Positions 1 to 16,462 of a stretch of DNA of 64,000 nucleotides are shown piece after piece (the stretch's first letter is position 1; each line of letters begins with the position of its first letter). Source of the stretch: Diadema antillarum. Its lineage: Eukaryota. The stretch spans positions 1,364,001-1,428,000 of the forward strand of contig NW_027270981.1 in the NCBI RefSeq assembly GCF_040938485.1. Reading direction: 5' to 3'. The translations under genes were made by a program, and so were the position numbers. Under the pieces are notes generated by a model. It was given only the letters and a program-made list of their open reading frames with translations, had not been told where the DNA came from and made no database searches.

Positions 1-594
1 ATTTTGAAAAGTGGAGAACTTGTGATGAGTGTGCCCGTAGCATAAATGAGTATGATATGCAATAGTATACAGAATTATGAGAGATATATAAGATACAGAA
101 ACAGAGGTAGGGACAAGAACAAGGGCATGGGCAGGGATGAATTACAAGAAATTACACTGTGACTCTGCTTTTTCAAGGGGCCTAAGTAAAATTCACAGAA
201 AAAAAAAATATTCATCAACACAAGCCCCTCATAAGAGAGGAGTACAGACTCATTGCAAGAAGTGAAAAAAAAGTGTTCTTCCCAGTGGAGATCAAACTGG
301 AATGCAAGTGCATTTATGACCCCTTGGGCCTGTTTCATCAAGAGTTGTGATTGATTTTACGCTCGATTTATTGAACATAACTTGATGAATCAAGCATAAG
401 TTCAGTGTTGAGGGTAAGTCCTGTTTCTTATTAAAAGACACACTTCATTTCAAGAAAAATCAAGCGTAACTTTAAGTAGATTGAGCGTTACTTGCAATCA
501 TTCACAAAGTTGTTTATGAAATGCAATTTGCGATTGATTGCATCTTCACTCAATCACTACGAAACATGGGTGTGGTGTGATGTGCCCTCTATAG

Positions 595-3194
<2,600 letters not shown>

Positions 3195-5346
3195 GAATTG
3201 CGTTAGCTCCCACACTCATCTCCTCCTCTTCCTATACCCCCAATGGTCTCCTCATACGAATCTGCCTCCACGCGACATCAAACTATTCTGCCTATACTTG
3301 TCTCTGCACTGGGTGATGGCACCTTAATCACCATGGTAACAATAGGCCTACCAATGACATCCATCATTGGACTGGTATGTTATAATGGGATGCAAAGTGC
3401 TTCAGACACGAGTGATTATGCAAGCTATCAGTAGAAATAGAGGCAAAATTGGATAAGCATTATTACTTTTATGTACTTCTATATATACAGGTTTGTGTGA
3501 CAAAAGTCAGTACAATAGGTAGACTTGATATAAATTTAAACTTGCTTACCATGACTTATGATTCATTGTAATCTGTAATACTGTAGGGGTTTTTATGCCT
3601 CTACCAAGAAGAGTCGCTGGAGGCGATATCTCAAATCTATGAATGTTTTGAAGCTGAAAACACTGGAGCTGTTGGATTATAGGCAGCTCACACTTGTGTA
3701 GTTGACAAATCATTGCCAAGTATTTAGAACAGTTTTTTCCCTTTTAAACCAATTGCAGAAGAAGCATTGACTGGTGAGTGAAATTAAGGTTATGTTACAA
3801 TCATGAAATCTAATTCTTTTTCATTATTATAATTGATGGAGTGTTCACATTGCAATACAATCTAGAGTTTGCATCTAGGCTGTGGTACAGTGACACTTGC
3901 TAGGTGAAGTTTGAATTGTCAAAGAATTGTCATAGACCTCGTCAGAGTAACTTGTGAGAGTGAACCCCATGATGAAACATCTCTGTGGTACAGGTGTAAA
4001 GCTGTATTCTGAGCCGGAGTGAAAGCACATACATACATATGTATCGAATAGCTGCTTAAAGTCGTGGTTATCTTTTATGTGATTTGCATATTCAATTCTA
4101 TATGCAAAAACATTTGCTTTTTAATGGATGATATCTATTCTGCCTCTATTCAAGGAACAGAAACAAGCTGGGCAAATATTAGTTTTGGTGTTGTATGAGA
4201 TCATCTGTAAAGGCAAGCAAGTGCTGTTTTGATCAACCACTGATTGCAATTTCATAATTACCTTATAGTTATCATTATCGATAGAGAAATGGCAGTAATC
4301 AATGCTGATCATCTTTTTTTTTTTCAAATAGAATTAAAAAAAACCACAAGAAACACACACAAAAAAGGAATTTTTGCTGTTATCATTTAATGCCAACATG
4401 AGAACTCTTGAATACACATTAAACCACAAACATTCAATATATTTACACTGTCAAGAAAAAGAAATGCTATCAGTGAAACATTACGGAGCAATGTAAAAGG
4501 AGGCATATGAATATTTGGCAAGACTGTTTTGATACTGTTTTGTACATGGTCTCTGTGTGAAATACATGAAAAAATGCATCACAAAATGTGCAACTCCGTT
4601 GTAATATGGTGTCTAAACGTTTACTCGATACTGCACAATCACGAAGATGGTTCTGCAATAGTTTTGCAGTTTAATGCAGCACATACTGTAATTATGTTTA
4701 AATACAGAATGCATGAACAATAGCAAATATCAAGAGAACTTGAAATGCACAATGGTAATCACAGTTAATACTTTTCAAGGCATATGCAAGTTGACATCAG
4801 TACTTTTGAGTATGATTATATCAGGAACTTCTCAATTTTACAACAACTTACAACTAGGTTTGATTGTCTAAAAGGAAACTAACATTTCAGTGAAGAAAGG
4901 AGAAGCCTTTTTTCATGTTGTTATCCACTGGGTATGCTGGTTTCTTTAAACCTGCCATCAGATCGGCAAAGCTGATGTAGTGCAGTGTGATTTGTTATCT
5001 GATACATTTTACGTCAACTTTTATATTTTTCTGAGCATACGCATGAGATAGATATGTATATGAAGTAGATTTGTATATATTTGTGTGTGTTTACATATTT
5101 GCTGTCTTAGATTTGAATATTAATTACACATTATAGATGTGTTCGCACAAATGAGATTATGTTGTTTATATTTTCATTGAATGTTCACATACTTCAATTT
5201 TATTTGCATAGAATGATTATTTATTGGAATTCTTATTTCTGTAGAAAGTGCAATATGTGATATATATTTGTGTTTCTAAGAAACATGCTTTTCTACCTGT
5301 ATTGTGGTGTATTGAAACTTTTGTAATATTAAAGTGCATGTGATGG

Positions 5347-5382
5347 GTGTGTGTGTGTGTGTGTGTGTGCATGTGTGTGTGT
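5347..5382. repeat. (GT)n microsatellite
   Basis: Read directly from the sequence. Confidence 0.95.
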
Positions 5383-6821
5383 AGATATAGATTATCCATG
5401 AGAAATATTTAGCATAAATGGCAAAAGATGTGTAAAAGTGTGCACTTTGCTGCAGATGAATTTCATTGAAGTAAAAGAGAGATATCTGGACAAATAAAGC
5501 CTTGATCAGCTGCAAGTTAGTTATTTCTTAAAAGTTCCTCACTTCAGAAAATGGTGCATAAAGATATCTAAATCGGAGAATCACAAACACATAGAGATAT
5601 GCATCTACTCCTTTTTTCTCTTCCCTTTATACTTCATTTGAATCTATTATGTGGTGTGTGTTACTGAATATATTATTGTCTTGAGTTTAAAGACTAACTT
5701 GAGTTTATATGGTCCACAAAGAAACAAAAGTGAATCATACAGACATGTAGCTACTCTTTGAACTATTTAAAAGTTTGTTATTTTGTTTGCTTTCCTGAAC
5801 TATCAGACCGCTATCAGAATATCAGGACATTGTCTGAAATGTGTGTTATGACCACAGTTACTGCACAAAGTAGTTGTTTTATGTGTTTTAGGGGCTGCTG
5901 CATAATTTTCATTTTTCACATTCATTTTTTTTATTGCTACTCTAGCTTCATCCTGCCACTGAAGAATAATAAGATATTATTCTCTTCCTGTTTTATTGCT
6001 TGAATTGTCAATTATGCACAAAGCATTCTGCATTATGGAAATAGGAAAATGTGTGGTGTGAAAAGTTCAAAATGTTCATTCATCAAAACTTTGAAAGCAC
6101 TTTGAGAGTAGTTCAAACAGAATGAGAATCAGTTATTGTAAGTTTGTTTTAATGTGTCAAGGTATGAATCACTGTATTGCAGTAATCACAATTGAATTTG
6201 CTATGATCCACTGATTACAATAGGTTATGATTAAGATGGTATTAAATTCAAGATCTTGTTGTAGAGTGATTGCTCTCAGCTCAGAATTTGAAAAAAAATA
6301 AAGGCTCTTAATAGTTTTTTTTTTCTTTTAAAGTCTCTCTAACTGTTATGATGTTTATGGACATTGTATATAAATGATTAATTTCACTCAAGATTCATTC
6401 ACCCACCTATGCTGTTTTGCGGTTCTTTTTGCATTTCTATGCCCTTACAAGATGTGAGGGTACATAATTTATGAGTTTGTTATTAGGTACCAATTATTTT
6501 GTGGAAAACCTCTTCCAATGTGCCCTCTAAAGAGACAAGCACGGTTGTATGTGTTATCATGCAATGTAACTGATTGTGCATCAACGTGTGGTTTTTGTAC
6601 CAGACTTGAATGCAATACTGTACTATTTATGCTATTAAAAGTGGATGCTACATAAACATCAATGAAATGATCTTATTTGTTTCAGTGATTTGACTCAAGT
6701 TGCCAAATGATAGACCAGGACAGTATCTCTCCATATTTGTTGATAGATGTGGCCAGTATTCCATTCACAGCAGGGATGAGCAGAGTAACAAGAAGATATT
6801 TATGTGTAGGCCTCTTATATA

Positions 6822-7062
6822 CTGTATGCGCCAAATATTTCACGAGGTTTTTATTTTCGCAAATTTCGCGAGTCAGGTGCTATTCGCGAAATTAAAGACA
6901 TGCGAAAATATTGATTTTGATCCCATATGTGAATGTGACGTACACGTGTACACTTCTCTGTCCAGTACACGACTCCACAATCACGAATTTAACCACTCAC
7001 GAAATCGTCGGGAATTCCCGATTCGAGAAAATTTTGACTCGCGAAATATATGGCGTATACAG
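6822..7062. mobile_element. 241-bp MITE with about 27-bp TIRs and TA target-site duplication
   Basis: Left TA|CTGTATGCGCCAAATATTTCACGAG; right CTCGCGAAATATATGGCGTATACAG|TA. A second copy of the same length lies at 18232-18472. Confidence 0.85.
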
Positions 7063-7072
7063 TAGATACTGG

Positions 7073-7112
<40 letters not shown>

Positions 7113-7120
7113 GAGAGAGA
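7073..7120. repeat. (GATA)n-(GA)n microsatellite
   Basis: Read directly from the sequence. Confidence 0.95.
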
Positions 7121-7603
7121 GTAGATGTATGTGTTATATGAAAATCTAAAAGTAAAACTTGAAATATAGGCCTACCTTCTTACCATCTTGAGATATTTGA
7201 GATTGAAGCCGCTGAAAAACTGAAAATGATGTTGAAATGTGATCATTTATATACATATATTTGTAGGTCCTATATTCAAAAATATTTGAAGAGTTTGCAA
7301 TTGCAGATAAACACCATTTTCATTGTTTTAAAAGTAAGGTCATCATCAAATAGAGAACCAAAAAAAAAATCTTTCCAATAACTCATAACATAACAAATGT
7401 TTTTTGACAATATCGATAAAGTTACTGAGATATGACTCTCCCTGGCAAATGTTAGAAATTACGTTGGCATAACAACGGAAGCGGCGATAAGCTGGCCTCT
7501 TCAGCATACACCACAGGACCGATGCCAAATTGCAATTACATGTACCAAACGACCCGTTAAAGACTAAGTACTCGTAACAAGAAAGAAAAAAAAATCGTAG
7601 AGT

Positions 7604-7611
7604 GCGGGAAA
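7604..7611 (-). promoter_or_regulatory. Canonical E2F site (GCGGGAAA = TTTCCCGC) in the CpG-rich RFC3 promoter/5' UTR
   Basis: Exact match ending 37 bp before the RFC3 ATG, inside a CpG-rich patch (about 7470-7680). Replication genes are classic E2F targets. Confidence 0.5.
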
Positions 7612-7647
7612 TTTGTGATCGCGCGCGAGAACAAGACTGTCGCAAAA

Positions 7648-10600
7648 ATGAGTTTGTGGGTTGATAAACACCGTCCTACCTCTCTTTCAAAACTAGATTA
7701 CCACAAGGAACAAGCTTCGAATTTAAAGAAATTAGTAAGTACTGTTTGGGTCATTTTAAGCGATGATGTCTTCCAGTATACGCAGTATCTATTTCGACTT
7801 CGTTTGATGCCGAACTAGTCTAAATGATATCCTAATGGTCCCATACGCCTGAATGTGTGTTGGTTAAGGGACGTTGCTTTACTCGGCTCAGCTCAGCAGC
7901 ACTAAAATACTTGAGTACTTGCCACTAGCACCTAGTCGCCGCTAGTGCCATAGTAGTGGTAGTAAATGTAGATTTAAGTAGACAGTTGGTGGTCAATGGC
8001 TTGAATCAATCCATTAGAGGACCTGCCAACCACCGGCAAAAACATGTCACTGACACATCGATCACGTGCACCATATAAATTTAGTAGGTCTAACGCTAGA
8101 ATCTAGGTAGACTCGATTTCACTCGACATGCTCAAATGACAATGAATGGTAATGCCAATATATGTTGCCATAATAATGTAGGATTTACAAATACCTTATA
8201 ATGTTTTTCACAGATTAATCATAAATTTTGACGTGATTTGGTGAGACATCAAAAAGCTTTAACGTTAGGTCCGGTCAGATAGGTCTTTTTATTTTGGTTT
8301 TGTGACTTTAATGATAAAAGATTAGCTAGAAAGATAAGGAGTCGTTAACGCCCAAAACTGAAACTAATCAGTCATATGAAGAAAAATGAGACATCAGGGC
8401 CCAGGCACACAGGTCGTACATGGAATATTCAGAGGTTTTATTCGGAGAGGTTTCATGTGGGCGAGTTGTTGAGCAAGTCACTGTTTTTCAATACATTGTT
8501 TATTCAGCAGTCTGTAATACACAATCTTAGCAGGGGGTGACTCGCCTCTCTTGTAGGTAGTAAAACAATGGGGTTAAAGAAAGTTACAAATCAGTGGTCA
8601 GTGTTGACAAGCAATTACCTCATTTTGGGATTATTTATGGGCGGCCTTATTTATGTACATTACAGCGGCATCAGCCTACGAAGCCGAGTGAGCGTTGGGT
8701 GGTGTCCGTTGACAAACCACGAGAGAAAATTGTTCCACCATCTGGGTTAGAATACTAGGAATTTGTATCCGCTGTCCCCGCGTTCACATTGGTCCCCACG
8801 ACGCGGGGCAGCCACAAGAGATCTTATCTTTTTTACGACTGACCGTTCACATCATTGGTATCTCATCTGTCCCCGAGCTGTGGGGGCAATTGGGGCTTTG
8901 GGCAAGCTCTGCCAGGCATAGCGCATGCGCACATTTGATGACCACAGCTGGACGGTATCAATTTCGCCCCAAGGTCACTCTCCCCTCCAAATCTTGTCCC
9001 CGTACCCGACTTGCTTGGCGGGGACGGGGGGACAAGTCCCAGTGAGCGTTCACATTATGGTTTTGGAGGAGAAAGTCCCACAGCTCGGGACTTTCCCCGC
9101 ATCGCGGGGACCAATGTGAACGCGGGGAAAAGGACACCCTGGCGAGTGGACGCTCGCAAATTATCATTAGAGAGTTTGCTGAAATAATAGTATACACGAA
9201 AGGGAAACTGATTATTTGAGGAGAACAAGCGAAGGGAGAGGATCAGTTACCCAGAGAGAGTGGGAGAGGGTGAGATTTTGGAGATGAGAGAAACGGAGAA
9301 AAATTGAACTGCTACAGGTCTACTGTCTGCAAGTTTTATTGAAGAGTGTTAAACTACCAAAGATTATAATCTGTCTATCTCGTTACTATCAGGTACAATG
9401 TGGCGACTTTCCTCATCTCTTGGTCTATGGACCGTCGGGAGCCGGCAAGAAAACCAGGATTATGTGCACCTTGCGTGAACTGTATGGCTCAGGAGTGGAG
9501 AAGCTGCGCATTGAGCACCAGACATTCACAGTAAGTGAAAGTTGTTATGCCAGGAATGCTTGGTATAGATCTATTGCATCTAGGGAGGGGGAAAAAAAAG
9601 GTTAGAATGGATAACTTCACATCCATACAGGTGTTGTTATTGCTATGATGTACAAATTTGGCATGGTTAAAAGACATAACTCACTTGGTAAGTACCAGAA
9701 GAGAGTACTTTGGAGGGTGAATGTTATTTTGTGACACCAGGGTCCTGAAAAGTCCAGGAGTGTTTCTCTGTTTTGATAAGGAGTGGCCTTACCTGACCAC
9801 TTATTGAATTTTAAAAAGCCTGGCTGTTATGTGTGTGTTTATGTGAAAATGCTGACTGTGCCTGCCTTTGTAGGAGGTAGGTCATGTTGTTTTTTCTTTT
9901 TTAATTTCACTTGTACATGCTGTAAAAATTCCTGTGAAGAATTTGAAGCTAGAAGGCACTCTGTTATGTGACCATCATGAAATATGTCTCGGGTTGTTTT
10001 AATAGCATTATAGGGAGTTCGTGTTACTTCATAATGACTGGAAAGAATATTACCAGGTAATCACTATTAAGCATGTCTTGCTGCATTAATGGAATACTGT
10101 GCACTGTATTTCTTCCTTTTTATTTATTTCAGACACCATCAAAGAGCAAGATTGAAGTCACAACCATTGCAAGCAACTATCACATTGAAGTCAATCCAAG
10201 GTTTGTAATTTGTAACAAATCCAGTAATACATTGTGACCAGTACTATTTGAACCTGTAAAATTTTGGAGAGTGATGTTTTTATTAACAGAGGTTTCAAAC
10301 TGCCAAAAGAACTCATCTGTGCTAACCTCAGGCACTTCTTTCATCTTCAAACATAATGCATATGCTTACCCAACATAACAATTTATGGAAATCATGTTCA
10401 AACAAAGAATGGACTTACATATACTAGGTGACCAGAATGGCCTGTTAATTAACACTTGGGGAAACTTCCATTTCCTTTATTGTTTTATTTGACATACTAA
10501 CACACTTTATCTATTACCATTACCAAATAATAGGCTATAATGAATGCTTTGATGCTATCAGATGAATATGTAGGCAAGCACCATTTAAAAGGATTCCATT

Positions 10601-13600
10601 AATAGTAATTACATCACAGGTGCCTATTTTAGTGAATTCAAAAGCCAACATACCTGCCATGGCATATAACCTTTTGTTTTTTTGCTCATGCACAAAGTGA
10701 ACTTCAAGGGCCGGTGATTTCTAGAAATGTGTCTTTCATAATAGTGCAGCTAGTTGGCGTGAGATATGTGATCTTTTAACTTCTGTGACCAGAGCAAATA
10801 ATGTATGTACCTGTGTTGTGCTAATACAGTCAACCTTGCATAAGTCATATCTATTTGGATTGAAGAAATAGCATCCACTTTTTGAAAAAATTTGACTTAT
10901 GAGAGATTAAAATTAGAGAATATAAAGAGAAGAGGACTTGGAAAGACTTTTGACTTATGCAAGGTCGACTCAAGCAAGGTTGACTGTACATGTGTATTTC
11001 TTTAGAATCCCACCAACATAAATGAGTTGAAATCTGAAGTCTGGCTTTTGATTTTATTTATTCCAGTGATGCAGGGATCTATGATCGTATTGTGATCCAG
11101 GATCTAATCAAGAATACAGCACAGTCCCAGCAGATTGAGACTGCTTCACAGAAGGATTTTAAAGGTGAAAATTAATGAATCATTGATGTCAATTTGATTT
11201 ATTATTGAATTCATGGCCCCTATTCAAACCACCATTTGATGTCCAAAGTTTTAGAGTGTCAAACGTTTCAGAATAATTCTTATTTCATGTGTGTGTATGT
11301 GTGTGTGTGTGTTTGACTGTGTGTACATTCCTTCGCCAGACTTTCTCGTGGAATAGTAATGATCTTTAGCATTTTCTTGAAATGGTGCAAAGCTTATTTT
11401 GGGTGAGTATCTAACAAATATATCTCAGGAATGCAAAATATGATTATTCCCCCTGAACACTTCAATCATATTGAAATAATCAGCAATGTTCTGTTAGTAA
11501 GAAACCCTAAAATTATTTAGAGACTTGATAAATACTCAATTCCTTTTTCAGCCCAATCAGTTTTCCTGAAAAGACAAGTAATGTGATTGAATGTCAAATA
11601 AAAATGTCAGCCACATGTGCTCTGCAAAGAGGGGAAATGAGACACAGAGCACTTTCATGTGTTACACCTTCGTCATACATGTGTGCAGTAAATATCTCCT
11701 CCAAACATACAGTTGTGGTTCTGACTGAGGTTGACCGTCTGACTAAAGATGCCCAGCATGCTTTGCGCCGCACCATGGAGAAGTACACAGCCACTTGTCG
11801 CCTGATCCTGTGCTGCAACTCAACCAGCAAGGTTATTCCAGCCATACGCAGCCGCTGTCTTGGTATCAGGGTGGCAGCACCATCTATTGATGAGGTACAC
11901 TGGACAGATACGAGTGTTTTTGTCATTACTTTAGTAGAGAAAAAAAATGAAAAAAATGAAGAAAAAAAAACCATCGATTTCAACTAAAGGTGTGATGATG
12001 AATTTTGCGTTTGTGGTGAATGTACTACACTCCATAGATATTTTTTACTCCAAACTCAAACCAATCATGCGATCAAACAATTCTCAGCTTCGGCAGTGAT
12101 AAATGTAATTTTTCTTTTACTCTTCTACTTTCTGTACATTACAAAGGCATCTTGCAGATTGGTTTCTTGCAGTAAAGATTTTTTTTTTTTAAATCAAAGA
12201 TTTAATTCACATTTGTCTAGTGTACTTCTTGACAAGAGTTTGTTTGGGTTTTTCTTTTTTTTTTTGTACATTTGGACATTTGAGTGGGTTGTATAGCAAA
12301 GAATGAAATCATCTAAAGCAAAAATGTTTGGGGGGAAGTAGAGAGTAGGCAAAAGGGGAAGGGTATGAGTTGCAGAGGATCTTCATTGTTAACGATCTAT
12401 CCTCAAGCTGTATATGACACTCAGGAACTGAGAATTTGTAGTGATTAGAAACCACGGCTGTATCAAAGAATTGCATATGAGACAGATTTTAGTTTTTACC
12501 CCATTCCATCCATACCAGCAAGAAACATGATGTTGTACATGCAAATATATGTCTTTTCAGATAGGACAGATTTTGCAAGCAGTTTGCAAGAAGGAGGGTG
12601 TGACTCTGCCACCAGAACTTGGACGGAGAATTGCTGAGAAGTGTGACAGAAACCTGAGGAAAGCCATTCTGGCTTGTGAGGCATGCAAAGTACAGCAGTG
12701 AGTAGACTGGCAAATGGATTGATTGACAGATTGAAATATCAGGCAATTTAAAAACTGATGAGTGCATAATTTTGAAACAAGAGGTAGAAAAGTCAGAAGA
12801 ACCCTGTAATCTATCAAACAAGCTTTTGTCTTTTTTCTGGGCTTTGAGTGCTGGTAAAATTACTGAATCGTTCATCTACCGATACATCCATCAATGGTGT
12901 TACAGGCCATGTGATGAAATGTTAGTAGTGGCATGGTTCCACTTGAAGTCTCATCTCAGAGGGAGACTTCCAGTGTTTGGCTGTGAACTTGAAGATATTA
13001 ATCCACATCATNNNNNNNNNNNNNNNNNNNNNNNNNNNNNNNNNNNNNNNNNNNNNNNNNNNNNNNNNNNNNNNNNNNNNNNNNNNNNNNNNNNNNNNNN
13101 NNNNNNNNNNNNNNNNNNNNNNNNNNNNNNNNNNNNNNNNNGTAAAATAATAAGATGTGACAGAAGAGCACATCTGCAAATGCCATAACTTCTCTTTGCA
13201 TGAGTATAAGATGGTGATGATGACGATGATGATGATGATTATTATCATAATTATCTGATGACCATTCCTCAGGTATCCACTCAGTGCTGACCAGGACATC
13301 CCAGAGACTGACTGGGAGGTCTTCCTCAGGGAAACGGCCAACAGCATCATCCAGCAGCAGAGCCCCAAGCAGCTCCTAGAGGTCAGGGGTCGTCTGTACG
13401 AGCTGCTCACCCACTGCATCCCTCCAGACGTGATTCTCAAGGTGACAGCATCTGATTACCCTTTTGCCTTTATCATATCCTATGACATGTGCATAGCTAG
13501 AGTGTTGAGTGCAGGCTGCCGAGCCAGACTAGGGCGTCGTCTGTTGTGTCTTTAATTCCCTCGAGGCCACCTGGACAGCATCTGAAGGGGCAGTCTTGCG

Positions 13601-14958
13601 CAACGTGCAGCACAGTCTGGTCAGGAAAATCACAGTCACAGGCTGGGCTGTCTTTTAACTTCCTCCAATGGAGGTGATGGGTTTGTATCCTATTGAAGGA
13701 AACACACTGCTTCCCTGGAAGTTCAAAGCCAGCTGATTTTGATGTAGGGTCGTCAACATACACACAAGTTGATTGCCCCTTAAGGCCAAGGAAGTAGAAT
13801 TAGTATTGGATTTTTTTTTTTTTTTTTTTTAAATGACACCTCACTTTTTGGTGCATTGCCTTCAAAACGAGCTTTAGTTTTTCATCTTCGATGTAAGCAG
13901 AGGATGCTAGCGCAAGGAGAGAAAAGATCAACCTATTGAAGTTGGAATTTTGAATATTCATATCATGTGTTATTTGAAGTTGGAATTATATATTCATATC
14001 ATGTGTTATTTGCAATGTGCTAAACACGTCTTAGATGCATAGAAGTGATAGTGGTAAGAGCTGCAGTGGTAAAGAAATGATACATATTAATGAAAAGAAT
14101 ATATAATCACAATCCATTAAATTCTAAAGTGAGAAGAGATTATGCCATACAGTCATAAATACAGAAATAACAAATAACAGTCAACTTAAACAAGCTGATT
14201 TGCCCACTAATTAAATTCATCAAGAAAGCAACCTCCTAGTTTATACAGAGCTATACTCTTAATTTGTACAGTTCTTATTCTCTTGGTCAGCAAAAACATT
14301 CACAGAATGAAAACCTTGTCATCAGTGATCACCTTTTACACACTTCCTAAAGGAAAACATAAAGTCTGTTGAATACCCCACCATCCAAAACAGAGCAAGT
14401 CAGTACCCAGCAGTGAGAACAACCCAGTGTGTGTATATATGTATGTAACCCCTAAATGGAAAATAGACCAGCTCAAAGTTACATGTTGCACATAAGAGCA
14501 GATACTGGTCAACGAAAAAGAACAACATAATGAGACACAGAATTGTAATGAGCTATGTTGTAGACAGCGTCTGAATGGTTTCTTTGTGTTGCAGTGAAAG
14601 AAAGTTCTTAAACATTTAAGGGAGCTTGTTAGTAATTAAAAAAAAAAAAAAATAGGGTAATGTAAGTGCATGGTATTAGATTTGCAACTGTTTTGCTCTG
14701 ATGCTTTTAAATTCAGGGCCATTAAAACCATCACTAATTGCAAACTGATTTATTTCATCACTGCAGGGCCTACTGAAAGAGCTGCTGAAGAACTGCGATG
14801 GTCAGCTGAAGACGGAGATCACTCACGTGGCGGCGTTCTATGAGCACCGGATGCAGCAGGGCAACAAGGCCATCTACCACCTGGAGGCCTTCGTCGCCAA
14901 GTTCATGAGCATTTACAAGAGATTCCTGGAGGAGGGCTTCGAGGCCATGATGCTCTGA
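7648..14958 (+). CDS. RFC3: Replication factor C subunit 3 (clamp loader), complete, 8 coding exons, 356 aa
   Basis: Exons 7648-7734, 9393-9530, 10133-10200, 11067-11164, 11713-11894, 12561-12697, 13273-13441 and 14767-14958 total 1071 nt, in frame, all GT-AG. Contains [10 protein letters not shown], Walker [30 protein letters not shown], the SRC motif and C-terminal [10 protein letters not shown]. Confidence 0.97.
8775..9128. mobile_element. MITE with about 27-bp TIRs (Harbinger-like GCGTTCACATT core) in RFC3 intron 1
   Basis: Left TCCCCGCGTTCACATTGGTCCCCACGA; right TCGCGGGGACCAATGTGAACGCGGGGA (reverse complement). TSD not resolved; the superfamily call is tentative. Confidence 0.7.
10827..10986. 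mobile_element. 160-bp Tigger/pogo-like MITE, TA TSD, in RFC3 intron 3
   Basis: TA|CAGTCAACCTTGC ... GCAAGGTTGACTG|TA. Confidence 0.8.
13012..13141. other. Assembly gap (130 N) in RFC3 intron 6
   Basis: Run of N. Confidence 1.
13497..13763 (-). mobile_element. 5'-truncated non-LTR retrotransposon remnant (Ingi/Vingi-like ORF C-terminus), antisense in RFC3 intron 7
   Basis: Minus-strand [67 protein letters not shown] resembles the recalled C-terminal LNRLRT...SPxCxC...QTxxHxxxxCP zinc-knuckle region of Ingi/Vingi LINEs. Confidence 0.7.
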
Positions 14959-15008
14959 GTGATGCTATCTCTTGTACTCCCATCTGTTGTCAAGTGCAGG
15001 TCGTGATA

Positions 15009-15239
15009 CTATAAAACCAGAATCATTCATGGCGTGAAACATTCGCAGCATGAAATTTTCATGAATTGGAGCCGACGACCTTTTCAGTGGCATGAAACTT
15101 TCACGAAATTCACGAAATTGCCACTGGTGTTGACTGCATTGTGTTGAAAAAAAAATCACATGCATATCACTTTTACGATTCTCGGCTCCTCGCGAAATTC
15201 GTGGAAGTTTCATGCACGCAAATATTTCTGGTTTCACAG
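15009..15239. mobile_element. 231-bp TA-TSD MITE 50 bp downstream of the RFC3 stop codon
   Basis: TA|CTATAAAACCAGAA ... TTCTGGTTTCACAG|TA, with internal CGCGAAA/TTCACGAAA motifs resembling the 6822/18232 family. Confidence 0.65.
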
Positions 15240-16285
15240 TACTCACTGCCTTGTCATATATTTCTGGCTTCTCAGTGTAGCCTTGCAAACAAGGCATCTC
15301 CAAGATTCAATGGACTTTTAGTTGGAAAGACAAAATTGCTGAATTTCTTCTTCTAGCATAATACCCTTTGTAGTCAGCACCATGCAGTTATTAAAGTGGA
15401 ATCCTGCCAGCACTGCCAACCTTGTTACAATGTTGCAACCGTGCTGTATGGATATTTGGACCTTCAGAGATGGCTCGACAACACACACTGGATACCTGTA
15501 TTTGAACTTTGGTACTCTACTGTCATGGGACATGTGTACTGCAGTGTTTTAACGGTGAGAGTTCACCGTTGGGGTGAACTTTCTGGGCAATGCAGGTGAT
15601 GGAGCAAATGTTTCACAGCTACCCCCACCACCACCATGTAGAACATTTTGCTTGCAGACAGTTATCACCAGTTGATTTGGAAGCTTTGATTTCCTTTGTA
15701 CATGTAGCTATATCCTTGCATTACAAGGAACTTTGAATGCTATGTTGTTGTCCTTTGTAACTCTGTCATTAAAAAAGGCAAGTTGTTTACGTTTGATGTC
15801 AAGAGCTGTTTATGATGGTGCTCATGGGAGAGAGACATGGAGATTGATGATAAGGTTAAAAGTACATACAGATTTATTCCAATCATGTGGCAGGGTTTAT
15901 TCTCCTTTGATTATTTGATGACTGTCCTCCAAGGATGTATGTGTCATCTTTGCACATTGAATTTATTCACTGGAAATATGTTTGAACACTGCCCTCTGTC
16001 ATGCAAACGAAAGTACGATTGTACTCAGGTGCACACAATAATTATGCAGGAAGCCCACACACTCCAGACCCGCCTTTTGCTCTCTTTCTTGACGTGCCGA
16101 TATTAACAGTTATGAGACAGTGTTGCTTGATGCCCATAGAATGATCTGTCCATCTCTCTCTTTATTTATCTTTTTTAAAGTAAGGGCTCTACATTGCAAC
16201 ATATTCCACAATTATCTGGGTTCCATTGACAAAAGCCAGAAACTGGCATGAAAGCCAATTGCTTATAGAAAAAGTTGTACAGAAA

Positions 16286-16462
16286 CAGGTGATTCTGATT
16301 ATAACAGAGTCCTCAGGAATGGCAGTTTTCTTTTACATCAAAATTTTGTTATTGCCAAACAGTAAACTATAAAAACCTATATAGATAGTAATTTGGAGTC
16401 CTCAATCTTTATTGTATCAAAAATTTTGTTATAACCATATTTGTTGTAACAGGAGCGCACTG
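16286..16462. mobile_element. Degenerate Tigger-like MITE, reverse orientation
   Basis: GTCCTCAGGAATGGCAGTTTTC matches the reverse complement of the family core; right end GTTGTAACAGGAGCGCACTG. Confidence 0.6.

Noticed and set aside
3969-4008. Possible box C/D snoRNA (ATGATGA...CTGA)
   Set aside because: Only about 40 nt between the boxes, no terminal stem, and not intronic.
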